Below, one piece after another: positions 9,067 to 17,964 of a DNA stretch of 58,702 nt (position 1 is its first letter; the number at the start of each line of letters is the position of its first letter). Position numbers and translations under genes: made by a program. This DNA comes from a bacterium (GTDB lineage Archaea; Nanobdellota; Nanobdellia; SCGC-AAA011-G17; GW2011-AR17). The notes under the pieces are model-generated. The model saw nothing but the letters and a program-made list of their open reading frames with translations. It did no database searches and was not told where the DNA came from. The stretch lies in contig JAUYPF010000048.1 of NCBI GenBank assembly GCA_030697685.1, positions 1 through 58,702 on the forward strand. The letters are read 5' to 3'.

Positions 9067-10240
9067 TTTTTATCAGATCCTCTGTTGTTTCTCTTTTTCT
9101 TATTAAGGAATGGAATCCATTGGAAATAAGAACTTCTGCTGGTTTTGGCTGTCCATTAAATTGTGAAGCCATTGCAAAACCATATGCACCAGTAATTTGT
9201 ATTGCAAGAATATCTCCTTCTTTTATTTTTGGTAATGAACGATCTTTTGCAAAGCAATCTGTACTTTCACAAATTGGACCGACGATAGTAAGCTTTTCTG
9301 TTTTATCTGCTTCAGGATTATTTGCGAGAAGTATTGGATGATATGCACCATAGAGTGCTGGTCTTATGAGTGCAGTCATGCCTGCATCTACACCAATAAA
9401 ATTATCCTTGATTGTTGTCACTGTTGTTAATAATGTCCCTGATTCTGCAACAATGAATCTTCCTGGTTCAAGCATAAGAAGTGCAGAAGAAGTATATATT
9501 CTTTTTATTCGCTCTGCAATATTTTTGAGATTTAATGATTTTTCAAAAGGTTCATATGGAATTCCAAGCCCACCACCAATGTCTATATACTCAAATTGTA
9601 TCTCTATTTTTTTAGAAATATTTTCTGCTATAGTTTGAATTGCTTTTGTGATCTCTTCAAAGTAGAGCTCATCTAAAACACAAGAACCTGTCATCATATG
9701 GATTCCAAAATGTTCAATACCGGATTCTTTTGCAAGTCTATATGCTTCCGTTGCACGCTCTTCAGACATACCAAATTTTGTATCTTTTCCACCGCACACA
9801 ATTCCTGAAAATTTTCCAGCACCAAACCCAGGATTGATACGAAAAGAAATTCTTTTTGGAAGACCTAACTTTTTTAGTCTTTGGAATATAGAAAGATCAT
9901 CAAGATTCATGAGAATTCCTATGCTGAGTGCTTTGTTGAGATCAGCATCAGAAGGATTTACTGAAGTGAAGATAGATTTCTTTAGATCGAAACCTGCTTT
10001 TTCTGCAAGTTCTATTTCAATTCTGTTTGAACAGTCTGCACCAAGTCCTTGTTGTGCAATGAGTTTTAAAATGCTAAGATTAGAATTTGCTTTTATTGCA
10101 TAACAGATTCGTGCATGAGGGAATGCTTCTTTTAATTCTTGAATTTTTTGGAGAATTATTTGCTTGTCATAGACATACAATGGGGTAGCATATTCTTTTG
10201 CTAAAACTATTGCTGATACGTTGCCAATTTGTAGTTCCAT
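9053..10240 (-). CDS. lysA: diaminopimelate decarboxylase (fold-type III PLP Orn/DAP/Arg decarboxylase family)
   Basis: PLP-lysine region CYAIKANSN, HMMTGS, EPGRFIVAESG and a C-terminal CESTD motif. Confidence 0.75.
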   Translation of the reverse strand: MELQIGNVSAIVLAKEYATPLYVYDKQIILQKIQELKEAFPHARICYAIKANSNLSILKLIAQQGLGADCSNRIEIELAEKAGFDLKKSIFTSVNPSDADLNKALSIGILMNLDDLSIFQRLKKLGLPKRISFRINPGFGAGKFSGIVCGGKDTKFGMSEERATEAYRLAKESGIEHFGIHMMTGSCVLDELYFEEITKAIQTIAENISKKIEIQFEYIDIGGGLGIPYEPFEKSLNLKNIAERIKRIYTSSALLMLEPGRFIVAESGTLLTTVTTIKDNFIGVDAGMTALIRPALYGAYHPILLANNPEADKTEKLTIVGPICESTDCFAKDRSLPKIKEGDILAIQITGAYGFAMASQFNGQPKPAEVLISNGFHSLIRKRETTEDLIKNESN

Positions 10241-10275
10241 GAAGGCAAGAAAAATAAAACAGGAGTATAAAAAGC

Positions 10276-12300
10276 TTAGCCTATGCGAGAACCTGACTTT
10301 GCTGGTTTCTCTGGGCTAAGAAGAATACTTTTTCCTTCTGAATCAGCAGCAAGAAGCATGCCATGGCTTTCTACACCACGAATCACTGCTGGTTGGAGAT
10401 TTGTGAACACTACAATTTGTTTTCCTAGAAGTTCTTCTGTTTTGTAATGCTGACGAATGCCTGCAACGATTTGTCTTTTTTCTGTGCCAAGGTCCACTTG
10501 AAGAACATATAGACGATCTGCATTAGGATGGGGTTCTACTTTTTGGATTGTTCCAATTTTAAATTTGCATTTTTCCCATTCTGAGAAAGGTATTTGTGGT
10601 TCTGTTTCTTGTTTTTTAGAAGGTATCATTTGTTTCTCCTCTTTTTTAAAGTAATCCGTAATCTTTGAAGTTTTCTCTTTTAGTTCTTCAATTTTTTTAT
10701 CTTCTATCTTTGTAAAGAGAAGCTCTGCTGTATTTATTTTTTGTTTAGCTTTTATTGTTTGCTTTGTAAGCATTTTAAAGTCTGTTTCTTTATTATTTAA
10801 CATTGCTAGAATCTTTTTAGAGCTTGTAGGAAGATAAGGCTGTACTAATAATGCTAAAGTTTTTGAGAGATTTAAGCAAATATAAGTCACTGTAGGTGCA
10901 TGTTCAGGATTTTTCCAGGGTTCATTCTCTTGAAAATATTTATTTCCCATTGTTGAAAGCTTCATTATTCCATCCATAGCCATACGTAGCTCTACTTTTT
11001 CATACAAAGAAATAATATTCTCAGTTTGTTTCCAAATTTCCTTTAAGAATTTTTTATCTTTTGTTCCGAGCTTTGGTGTTGGAACTTGACTTCCAAAGTT
11101 TTTATTCGTAAATGTAATAGTTCGGTTAATAAAATTTCCTAGATTTGCAACTAATTCACTATTAATTTTATCTTGGAAATCTGACCAAAGGAATTCTGTA
11201 TCTTTTGTTTCTGGAATCAAGTAAGCCATATAGTATCTCCAATATTCTGGAGACAAATCTGCTTTTGGGAGATTTTCACAAAAAACTCCTCTATTGCTAC
11301 TCTTAGAAAACTTTCCTCGTTCATAATTGAGATACTGTAGACCAACAACGTTGTAAGGAAGATTAATATTTTTATGTGCAAGTAATAATCCTGGAAAGAA
11401 AATAGTGTGAAAAGGAATATTATCTTTTCCTACAAAATAATAGATTTTTGCTTTAGGGTTTAACCAATATTGTTTCCATTTTGTTTTATTCCATTCTTTT
11501 GTGCTTGAGATATACCCTATAGGTGCTTCCGTCCACACGTACCACAAAAAATGTTCATATCCTTTTATTGGAACTTTAATTCCCCATTTTAAGTTTCTTG
11601 TAATACACCTTGGTTTTAGGCCGTCACGAATCCAAGCGAGAGCTAAATTTTTCACTTGTGGGCGTAATTGTTTATTCTTTACTAACCATTTTTCTATTTT
11701 TGGAGAAAGCTTTTCTAGATCTAAAAATAAGTGTTGTACTTCCTTGAATTCAATTTTATCTGAACCACACGCTTTACATCTTGCTTTGATAAGTTTCTCC
11801 GGATCTAATAAGGTACCACAATGCTCACACTGGTCTCCCCGTGCATTTTCATAGGCACATTTTGGACAAGTTCCTTCAATGTATCTATCTGCTAATTCTC
11901 TCTTACAAGATAAGCAGTAAGGTAATCTTATTTTTTTCTCAGAGATATATCCATTTTTGTAGACTTTTTTTAGAAACTCATTACTTGTTTCATGATGAAT
12001 TTTTTTACTACTTCTTGAAAAATTATCATAACTTATTTCAAACCAATCATAAATATCTTTATGGATTTTGTAAAAGTGGTCACAAAGTTCTTGTGGGCTT
12101 ATTCCATATTGTTGTGCCGCAATCTCACTCGCTGTCCCATGTTCATCTGTTCCACCAATAAAAACTGTATCATGCCCAGCTAAACGACAATATCTTGCAA
12201 ATACATCTGCTGGATAATGGGAACCAACCATATTTCCTAAGTGTGGAACATTATTTGTATAGGGAAGAGCTGCTGTGATGAGTCTTTTTTCTTTAGGCAT
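10276..12300 (-). CDS. metG: methionine--tRNA ligase with a C-terminal tRNA-binding (Trbp111/EMAP-like) domain
   Basis: HIGH-type PHLGNMVGS, KMSKS-type KFSKSSNRG, zinc knuckles (CLSC..CPKC, CEHCG, CKACG), and a C-terminal segment HPNADRLYVLQVDLG. Confidence 0.92.
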   Translation of the reverse strand: MPKEKRLITAALPYTNNVPHLGNMVGSHYPADVFARYCRLAGHDTVFIGGTDEHGTASEIAAQQYGISPQELCDHFYKIHKDIYDWFEISYDNFSRSSKKIHHETSNEFLKKVYKNGYISEKKIRLPYCLSCKRELADRYIEGTCPKCAYENARGDQCEHCGTLLDPEKLIKARCKACGSDKIEFKEVQHLFLDLEKLSPKIEKWLVKNKQLRPQVKNLALAWIRDGLKPRCITRNLKWGIKVPIKGYEHFLWYVWTEAPIGYISSTKEWNKTKWKQYWLNPKAKIYYFVGKDNIPFHTIFFPGLLLAHKNINLPYNVVGLQYLNYERGKFSKSSNRGVFCENLPKADLSPEYWRYYMAYLIPETKDTEFLWSDFQDKINSELVANLGNFINRTITFTNKNFGSQVPTPKLGTKDKKFLKEIWKQTENIISLYEKVELRMAMDGIMKLSTMGNKYFQENEPWKNPEHAPTVTYICLNLSKTLALLVQPYLPTSSKKILAMLNNKETDFKMLTKQTIKAKQKINTAELLFTKIEDKKIEELKEKTSKITDYFKKEEKQMIPSKKQETEPQIPFSEWEKCKFKIGTIQKVEPHPNADRLYVLQVDLGTEKRQIVAGIRQHYKTEELLGKQIVVFTNLQPAVIRGVESHGMLLAADSEGKSILLSPEKPAKSGSRIG

Positions 12301-12335
12301 AAGTCTTTAGAAGTTCATCTGTTTTAAATAGCTTT

Positions 12336-12713
12336 CTAGACGCCAAAATTTTCTTGTAGGAACATAAGCATATTTTTGTTGTCAAGAACTTCAAAAAGCA
12401 TCTTTGCATGAAGAGATTTTCCTTGATTCATACATTCATGCGCACAAGCTTCCATTCTCCTTCGATCTTCAGAAAACTTGTAAAAATATGCAGCATCAGG
12501 GAAACGCCCTTGTTTAGCAAGCCAATCACCAGAAGCAAGAAGTTCTTCTTTTAAACCTGCCTTTGCAAAAGCCTTTCCTGCTTCTTCATAGGTCCCTTCT
12601 TTAAAGAGAATTGTTCCGGCATCCAAAAGAGTTTTTTGTTTTATACTCTCAGGGATATTTACATTGTCTACCCCTTTAGATATGATAAGTTTTGTGAGGA
12701 TGCCATATTCCAT
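12336..12713 (-). CDS. hypothetical protein (helical, TPR-like)
   Basis: 125-aa ORF. No specific motif. Confidence 0.45.
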   Translation of the reverse strand: MEYGILTKLIISKGVDNVNIPESIKQKTLLDAGTILFKEGTYEEAGKAFAKAGLKEELLASGDWLAKQGRFPDAAYFYKFSEDRRRMEACAHECMNQGKSLHAKMLFEVLDNKNMLMFLQENFGV

Positions 12714-12794
12714 AGATTTTATGTGATTTTTCTCATTAAAAGCATTACTATGCTAGAAGATAGCTTTAAAAAGAGCTTTTTTCTTTTTTTATTT

Positions 12795-13616
12795 ATGGAA
12801 GACATAGAAACACTCAATAAAGATATTGATGAAGTTATGAAGAAACTTTGTCGCCATGATTATGTGCATCTTACAGATAGAGGAAATTCTGCTATTTTTC
12901 TTGCTATGCATATTGCAAAGAAAACTAATCCTAAACAAGATATTCTTATTCCAGACCAGGGAGGTTGGTTTTCTTACAAAGGATATCCACATTTTTTTGA
13001 TTTGAATATTGTTGAAGTAAAAACAAATTATGGAGTTATTGATCTCGATGATTTAAAAGAGAAAGCAAAGAATGCTTCTGCAATTATTTTTAGCTCTTTT
13101 GCAGGATATTTTGCTGAACAGCCTTTAGATAAGATTTCAAATATTTGCAAAGAAGCTGGATGTCTTGTTATTGAAGACGCATCTGGAGCAATTGGAGATG
13201 CTATACTTTGCAATGGGAAGTATTCTGATATTATTGTAGGAAGCTTTGGAAAGTGGAAACCTGTCGAGTGTGGATATGGAGGTTGGATTTCTATGAATAG
13301 TAAAGAATTTTTTGGTGTGGCAAAAGATGCTATGTCTATTACAAAGGTTCATCCTCAATTCTATAATGAGATTGGTGATGCTTTGAAAAAGAATAAAATG
13401 AATAAATTACTTGCTTTGCAGATACAAGTCAAAGAAGAATTAAAAGATTTTGAGGTTTTGCATAGAGAGAAAAGAGGATTGAATGTTGTAGTGAAGTTTG
13501 ATCCAGGAGTTTTAGAATATTGCCAAGAGAAGAATTACCCATATGTGCTTTGCCCAAGTTATATTCGTGTGAATGAAAAGGCGATTTCTATTGAGTTGAA
13601 ACGGTTGAATTTTTGA
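12795..13616 (+). CDS. PLP-dependent transferase-fold protein (DegT/SelA-like), function uncertain
   Basis: VIEDASGAIGD followed by GSFGKWKP (candidate PLP lysine). I moved the start to the ATG at 12795, because the track start at 12636 overlaps the divergent upstream gene. Confidence 0.5.
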   Translation: MEDIETLNKDIDEVMKKLCRHDYVHLTDRGNSAIFLAMHIAKKTNPKQDILIPDQGGWFSYKGYPHFFDLNIVEVKTNYGVIDLDDLKEKAKNASAIIFSSFAGYFAEQPLDKISNICKEAGCLVIEDASGAIGDAILCNGKYSDIIVGSFGKWKPVECGYGGWISMNSKEFFGVAKDAMSITKVHPQFYNEIGDALKKNKMNKLLALQIQVKEELKDFEVLHREKRGLNVVVKFDPGVLEYCQEKNYPYVLCPSYIRVNEKAISIELKRLNF

Positions 13617-13651
13617 GGAAAATTTATATACCTTAAACTTTTTTGTATATT

Positions 13652-14359
13652 ATGAATTTTATCAGAAAGATTACACAGGGAAAAATAGATGAGTGGGTAC
13701 AAAGACAATTTACTCGTTATGGAAAAGGAATTTATGAGAATAAAGCAGTTCTTCAAATGAGTAAAGGAAAAGCACAATCAAGTATTTCTAGCAGTTTTGA
13801 ATTCTCTGGAGAATTCGCATATCAACTTGCAGAAACAATTCAAGGCAAAACACATGTCACTGGTGGAGTTATTACAAAACAAAAACTTACAGATGTAGAA
13901 GCTGGTGTTCCTTTTGCTGGAATGAAACAATTTGCAGGTGTTAAAACATATTTGATTGATGCTGATCTTACGAAGAAACAAATCAAGGACTTATTGACTA
14001 ACTTCCCTTCTGCTATGGTGTTACTATCTTTCAAAACAGATGAGGGAGAATTAAAAACTAAAGTAAAAAATCCTAAATCTACTAAACCAAGTGACCAAGA
14101 AAGTGAGGAATTACCTAAAGCAGATTTTTGTAAATTTAAAATAAAAAATAGGGATATTGTTGAAGACCTTGCATTTGATGTTCCAAAAGATTTTACAAAA
14201 GTTTTTATTAGACATACTTTTTGTATCACTGATTTGGAAATCCCTAAACAATATGAGAAAGATTTTGCGGCAGCACGTTTGCACGCAGTTCGAAAGGGAA
14301 AATTAATAAGGGAGATTCACCTTGATGGGAAGAAGCTTGTAAAAGAATACAAGTTATAG
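13652..14359 (+). CDS. hypothetical protein
   Basis: The ORF follows the PLP gene closely. The ATG at 13652 lies about 25 nt after aaatttatatacc. The track start at 13643 is a TTG. Confidence 0.5.
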   Translation: MNFIRKITQGKIDEWVQRQFTRYGKGIYENKAVLQMSKGKAQSSISSSFEFSGEFAYQLAETIQGKTHVTGGVITKQKLTDVEAGVPFAGMKQFAGVKTYLIDADLTKKQIKDLLTNFPSAMVLLSFKTDEGELKTKVKNPKSTKPSDQESEELPKADFCKFKIKNRDIVEDLAFDVPKDFTKVFIRHTFCITDLEIPKQYEKDFAAARLHAVRKGKLIREIHLDGKKLVKEYKL

Positions 14360-14368
14360 AGGTGATGT

Positions 14369-14617
14369 ATGGCTGAAATTTGGAAGCTGATTAAAAAAAC
14401 GTGTAAAGCGGTGTATGTAATTATTATTGCTTTTTTTGAATCTCTTACTGTTTCTTTTTATAGAAATATAAAAAAAAGATACGAAGAACCTAATAATGAA
14501 TATGTAGAAGTTAAGGTTCCCCAAGGATATAAAGATAAAAAATTGGAACCAGATTACAAAGATCTTTCTGATACAGGAGAATTTTCTGATTTTACGGGAT
14601 TTCCAGGTTTAAAGTAG
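14369..14617 (+). CDS. small hypothetical membrane protein
   Basis: SD gaggtga upstream. N-terminal hydrophobic helix (AVYVIIIAFFESLTVSF). Confidence 0.45.
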   Translation: MAEIWKLIKKTCKAVYVIIIAFFESLTVSFYRNIKKRYEEPNNEYVEVKVPQGYKDKKLEPDYKDLSDTGEFSDFTGFPGLK

Positions 14618-14647
14618 TCATTATTTAGTGGTAACAAAAGCGAAAGA

Positions 14648-14655
14648 TTTATAAA
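14648..14655 (+). promoter_or_regulatory. TATA box; leaderless transcript of paralog 1
   Basis: cgaaagaTTTATAAAgtc is centred about 27 nt upstream of the ATG at 14678. Confidence 0.5.
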
Positions 14656-14677
14656 GTCTTTTTTCTGCTTAAATTAC

Positions 14678-15574
14678 ATGCTAAACTCAAAAGTTGTGAA
14701 ATGTCCTGGAAGATTTAGCCAGACAAGAGAAAAGGTTTTCGAGGCTGCAGGAATTGTACTTAATAGTAAAGCTGTTTCTGAACAAGATCTTATTAGCATT
14801 TGGGATATTCTTCAGAGTGGAGGTGATCTTTTCGGTCTTGATGGAAGAGACCCTTATTATGACTCTCCTGAAGACTCCGCAAGGAAAATACCTCCTCAAA
14901 ACTATCTTTCTTTAGTCCCTCTTTTTCCTAGAGATTATACTCTGCCAAGCCACATTCGTGAGCAATATGCTATTTCTATGGGGAATGATCCTCGTATTGC
15001 ACAAAAACTTTCACGAATGAGTGAAAGAGGGAATGATTTTTATAGAGCAGAATTAGGTAAGGATCCTGCTGATCTTTATCTTGATAGAGGAGTCACTCTT
15101 TTAGGATATGAAATTGCTTCAAATAATGGAATTGGAACTCTTTCTGAGGGAGGAAATAAAGGAGGAGGATTACGTTCTGATGCACCCTATCTCTTAGAGA
15201 TTTTTAAGAAAGGAAGACTGAAAAGAGAGGATACCTTTGATTTAGCTGCAATTGTTGGTTTTTGGGCACAGGATGATACAATGCTTGTTTCTCAAATGCA
15301 ATCATGTAAAAATGCACAACTTCCTAAAGAAGTTTCTTTTGGAGTTACTTGTGTTCGAACTGCAGAACGTGTCGCACAAGAATTAGGCTTTTCTAAGATA
15401 GAACTTTATACTAGTAGAGCTCATCCTATTTTTCTAGAACACCCAGAAAATAAAGAAAGCCTTGCTGAACAGTTTGCATTATTTTGGGACGGCTCTGCAA
15501 GAAAATTAGATTACGAAGGTTCACGAGCGAGTGGTCCGACATATAACAAAAGATTCGTAACTTCTCTGAGGTAG
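14678..15574 (+). CDS. hypothetical protein, paralog 1 of a tandem pair (possible GNAT-like C-terminus)
   Basis: Collinear similarity to 15620..16492 (VKC.GRF, DPYY, LVPLFP.DY, GIGTLS.GG, G.RSDAP.L.EI.KK, VGFWAQ.DTMLVSQMQ.C.NAQLP, ELY..RAHPIF). Confidence 0.6.
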   Translation: MLNSKVVKCPGRFSQTREKVFEAAGIVLNSKAVSEQDLISIWDILQSGGDLFGLDGRDPYYDSPEDSARKIPPQNYLSLVPLFPRDYTLPSHIREQYAISMGNDPRIAQKLSRMSERGNDFYRAELGKDPADLYLDRGVTLLGYEIASNNGIGTLSEGGNKGGGLRSDAPYLLEIFKKGRLKREDTFDLAAIVGFWAQDDTMLVSQMQSCKNAQLPKEVSFGVTCVRTAERVAQELGFSKIELYTSRAHPIFLEHPENKESLAEQFALFWDGSARKLDYEGSRASGPTYNKRFVTSLR

Positions 15575-15589
15575 TCCTTAATGCGAAGA

Positions 15590-15599
15590 TTTATATAAA
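15590..15599 (+). promoter_or_regulatory. TATA box; leaderless transcript of paralog 2
   Basis: gcgaagaTTTATATAAAag lies about 27 nt upstream of the ATG at 15620. Confidence 0.5.
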
Positions 15600-15619
15600 A
15601 GATACTAAACTCAAGAAAG

Positions 15620-16492
15620 ATGGATCGACCAAAAAAGATTGTGAAATGTGAAGGAAGATTCCATGAATTGAGAGAATATTTATTTGGTACACCCATAGAT
15701 CTGATTCTAGATGGACGAACTTTAATCACTCCACAGGATTTAAGAGATCTATGGAGCCTTATTGAAAATGATATCTACCAATACGATACTAAAGATCCTT
15801 ATTATCAATCAAGCCTTGATAAGGCCAGAAAAAAACCTTCATTAGGACCTAATTCTCTTGTCCCTCTTTTTCCAACAGACTATGTTTTAGAAATCAGTTT
15901 AATTTCAGTCTATGGACTCGGACAGGGTATTAAAGTTGAAAACGCAGCAAGATTAGAACAACTTGCAAGTCAAGGAGAAAGATTTTTTGTAGAAACATTA
16001 GCAGCTGAAACGAGAGATATAATTTTTCCAAAAGGGCAAGATCTTGCTGGCTATACTATTTCTACTCATTTCGGAATTGGAACTTTAAGTCATGGAGGGG
16101 TGTCGGGAGCAGGAATTCGATCTGATGCCCCTTTTCTCATTGAGATCTATAAAAAAGAAGCAGTGACAGAAAAAAATCTCGCTGCAGTAATTGGATTTTG
16201 GGCACAAGAAGATACTATGCTTGTTTCTCAAATGCAAGCTTGTAGAAATGCGCAACTTCCTTTAGGAATTAGCCTTGGTGTAGGAGGATTAGTTACTGCA
16301 GAATTTATTGCGAGAAAAATTGGATTTAAATATCTTGAGTTATACTCTGCACGAGCACACCCTATTTTTCGTGTACATCCTGGTGGGTGGAATCAATTTG
16401 GTAAGGATTTTATAGAAAATTCTCATAGGGCTACTGAGATTATTGGTGGCTATTTACCTTCTGATAGAGATTCCTTTGTAAAGGAGTTATAA
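15620..16492 (+). CDS. hypothetical protein, paralog 2 of the tandem pair
   Basis: Same motif order as 14678..15574. Confidence 0.6.
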   Translation: MDRPKKIVKCEGRFHELREYLFGTPIDLILDGRTLITPQDLRDLWSLIENDIYQYDTKDPYYQSSLDKARKKPSLGPNSLVPLFPTDYVLEISLISVYGLGQGIKVENAARLEQLASQGERFFVETLAAETRDIIFPKGQDLAGYTISTHFGIGTLSHGGVSGAGIRSDAPFLIEIYKKEAVTEKNLAAVIGFWAQEDTMLVSQMQACRNAQLPLGISLGVGGLVTAEFIARKIGFKYLELYSARAHPIFRVHPGGWNQFGKDFIENSHRATEIIGGYLPSDRDSFVKEL

Positions 16493-16705
16493 TTATTTCA
16501 CTGCTTCTCTAATATCAGAAGCTTTAATGGTTTTTCTTCCTGCATGCTGTGCAAAGCGAATTGCTTTTTTTCCAATTTCTTCTGCTTTTGCTTCGAGAAC
16601 TTCAATCAGTCTTTCTTTTGCATCATCAGCAACTCTTTCTGCACCAGCTTTTTTCAAAAGTTTTTCCATTGCTGCTGCAGGTAAAATAGTCTTTCGTATG
16701 TTCAT
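16493..16705 (-). CDS. archaeal histone (HMf family)
   Basis: 70-aa histone fold: LPAAAMEKLLKKAGAERVADDAKERLIEVLE...AQHAGRKTIKASDIREAV. Confidence 0.9.
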   Translation of the reverse strand: MNIRKTILPAAAMEKLLKKAGAERVADDAKERLIEVLEAKAEEIGKKAIRFAQHAGRKTIKASDIREAVK

Positions 16706-16725
16706 TCTTTTAGTTTATTAGAAAG

Positions 16726-16736
16726 CTATATTTAAA
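16726..16736 (-). promoter_or_regulatory. TATA box of the histone gene (leaderless)
   Basis: The minus strand reads ccTTTTAAATATAgc about 26 nt upstream of the ATG at 16705. Confidence 0.5.
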
Positions 16737-16793
16737 AGGATTTCTCCTCTAAAATTGTGAGCTATATCCTCAAGTATACATATTTACGAAACC

Positions 16794-16801
16794 TTTATAA
16801 G
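16794..16801 (+). promoter_or_regulatory. candidate TATA box of the ribosomal protein operon, implying a 5' leader of about 170 nt
   Basis: aaaccTTTATAAGtagcc is the only good TATA between the histone promoter and the uL3 ATG (16996). Confidence 0.4.
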
Positions 16802-16995
16802 TAGCCTCATTTTTCTGCATTGAATCAAGATGCATATCGGAGAATTGCATTTAATACTACTCTTTCAGAGATTTGTTCACACCTATGTGTCGAACACAGA
16901 GCTTTGGTTCTGCTTCTCAAAAAGGCGAGTGCAGGTTCGATGTCTATAAACCTGCTGTCTGAAAAGACAAGTACAAATTAGATACTATAAATACT

Positions 16996-17964
16996 ATGGG
17001 ACATAAACATCATCCTAGGAGAGGAAGTTTACAATACTGGCCGCATGCTAGAAGTAGTAAGCACGCTCCACGAATACGAAGCAAAGTTGATTCTAAAGAT
17101 AAAAAAATTCTTGGATTCCTGGGATATAAAGTTGGAATGACACATATGCTCATTAAAGAAACAAATCCTAACTCTCATAGAAAGAATATGGATGTTTTTA
17201 CTCCTGTTACAGTGATTGAATGCCCTCCATTAAAGGTTTATTCTGTTCGTTATTATGCACAAAATGAAGATGGTAATTTACGGCTTATTTCTGAAATATT
17301 TTCTAAAAAATGGGAGAAGGAATTAGGAAGAAAGATTCGAGGTTCTAAGAAAGTGAATACAGCCCCTGAACAATTTGATGCTTTGAAAGTAAGTGTTTAT
17401 ACCCAACCTAAACTTACAGGTTTGGGAAAGAAGAAACCAGATATGGTTGAATTCTCCGTTGGAGGAAAAGATCTTCAAGAAAAATCTGCATTTGCACAAA
17501 GTCTTCTTGATAAGGAAATTAAGATTTCTGATGTTTTTAAAGAAGCACAATGTGTTGATACTCATTCTGTTACAAAAGGAAAAGGATTCTCAGGTGTTGT
17601 AAAAAAGTTTGGTGTCAAGCCATTGCAACACAAAGCAGAGAAAGCACGAAGAAAAGTTGGAACTCTAGGCTCCTGGCATCCAAATAAAGTTTTGTTCAGT
17701 GTTGCACAATGTGGAAAGTGGGGATATCATTTGAGAACAGAATATAATAAAGTTACAGTCAAAATTGGAAATAACCCTAAGGATATTAATCCTAAAGGGG
17801 GATTTGTTCGATATGGTTTTGTGAAGAGCGATTATCTTCTTCTGAAGGGTTCTGTTGCTGGACCAGCAAAAAGGCCTATTGCTTTTTCTGAAGCTCTTCG
17901 AGTAAAGAAAAAAGTGTACAATATGCCAATAGTTTATACTAGTCTGGAGTCTAAACAACGATGA
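16996..17964 (+). CDS. rpl3: 50S ribosomal protein uL3
   Basis: HHPRRGSLQYWP N-terminus. First gene of the conserved archaeal cluster. Confidence 0.95.
   Translation: MGHKHHPRRGSLQYWPHARSSKHAPRIRSKVDSKDKKILGFLGYKVGMTHMLIKETNPNSHRKNMDVFTPVTVIECPPLKVYSVRYYAQNEDGNLRLISEIFSKKWEKELGRKIRGSKKVNTAPEQFDALKVSVYTQPKLTGLGKKKPDMVEFSVGGKDLQEKSAFAQSLLDKEIKISDVFKEAQCVDTHSVTKGKGFSGVVKKFGVKPLQHKAEKARRKVGTLGSWHPNKVLFSVAQCGKWGYHLRTEYNKVTVKIGNNPKDINPKGGFVRYGFVKSDYLLLKGSVAGPAKRPIAFSEALRVKKKVYNMPIVYTSLESKQR

Noticed and set aside
8937-9341. Plus-strand ORFs overlapping the aspartokinase, lysA and metG genes (8937..9341, 9366..9638, 9834..10103, 11501..11854, 11841..12161).
   Set aside because: They are antisense to genes with clear family motifs and their translations have no recognisable features.
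12636-12794. An N-terminal extension of the PLP-enzyme ORF starting at 12636.
   Set aside because: The extension overlaps the 5' end of the divergent gene 12336..12713 and translates to a Phe/Ile-rich junk-like peptide. The ATG at 12795 gives a normal N-terminus.
16830-16949. A 39-codon ORF (MHIGELHLILLFQRF...) in the leader of the r-protein operon.
   Set aside because: It has no SD or suitably placed TATA and its composition is not protein-like. The region is better explained as structured RNA.
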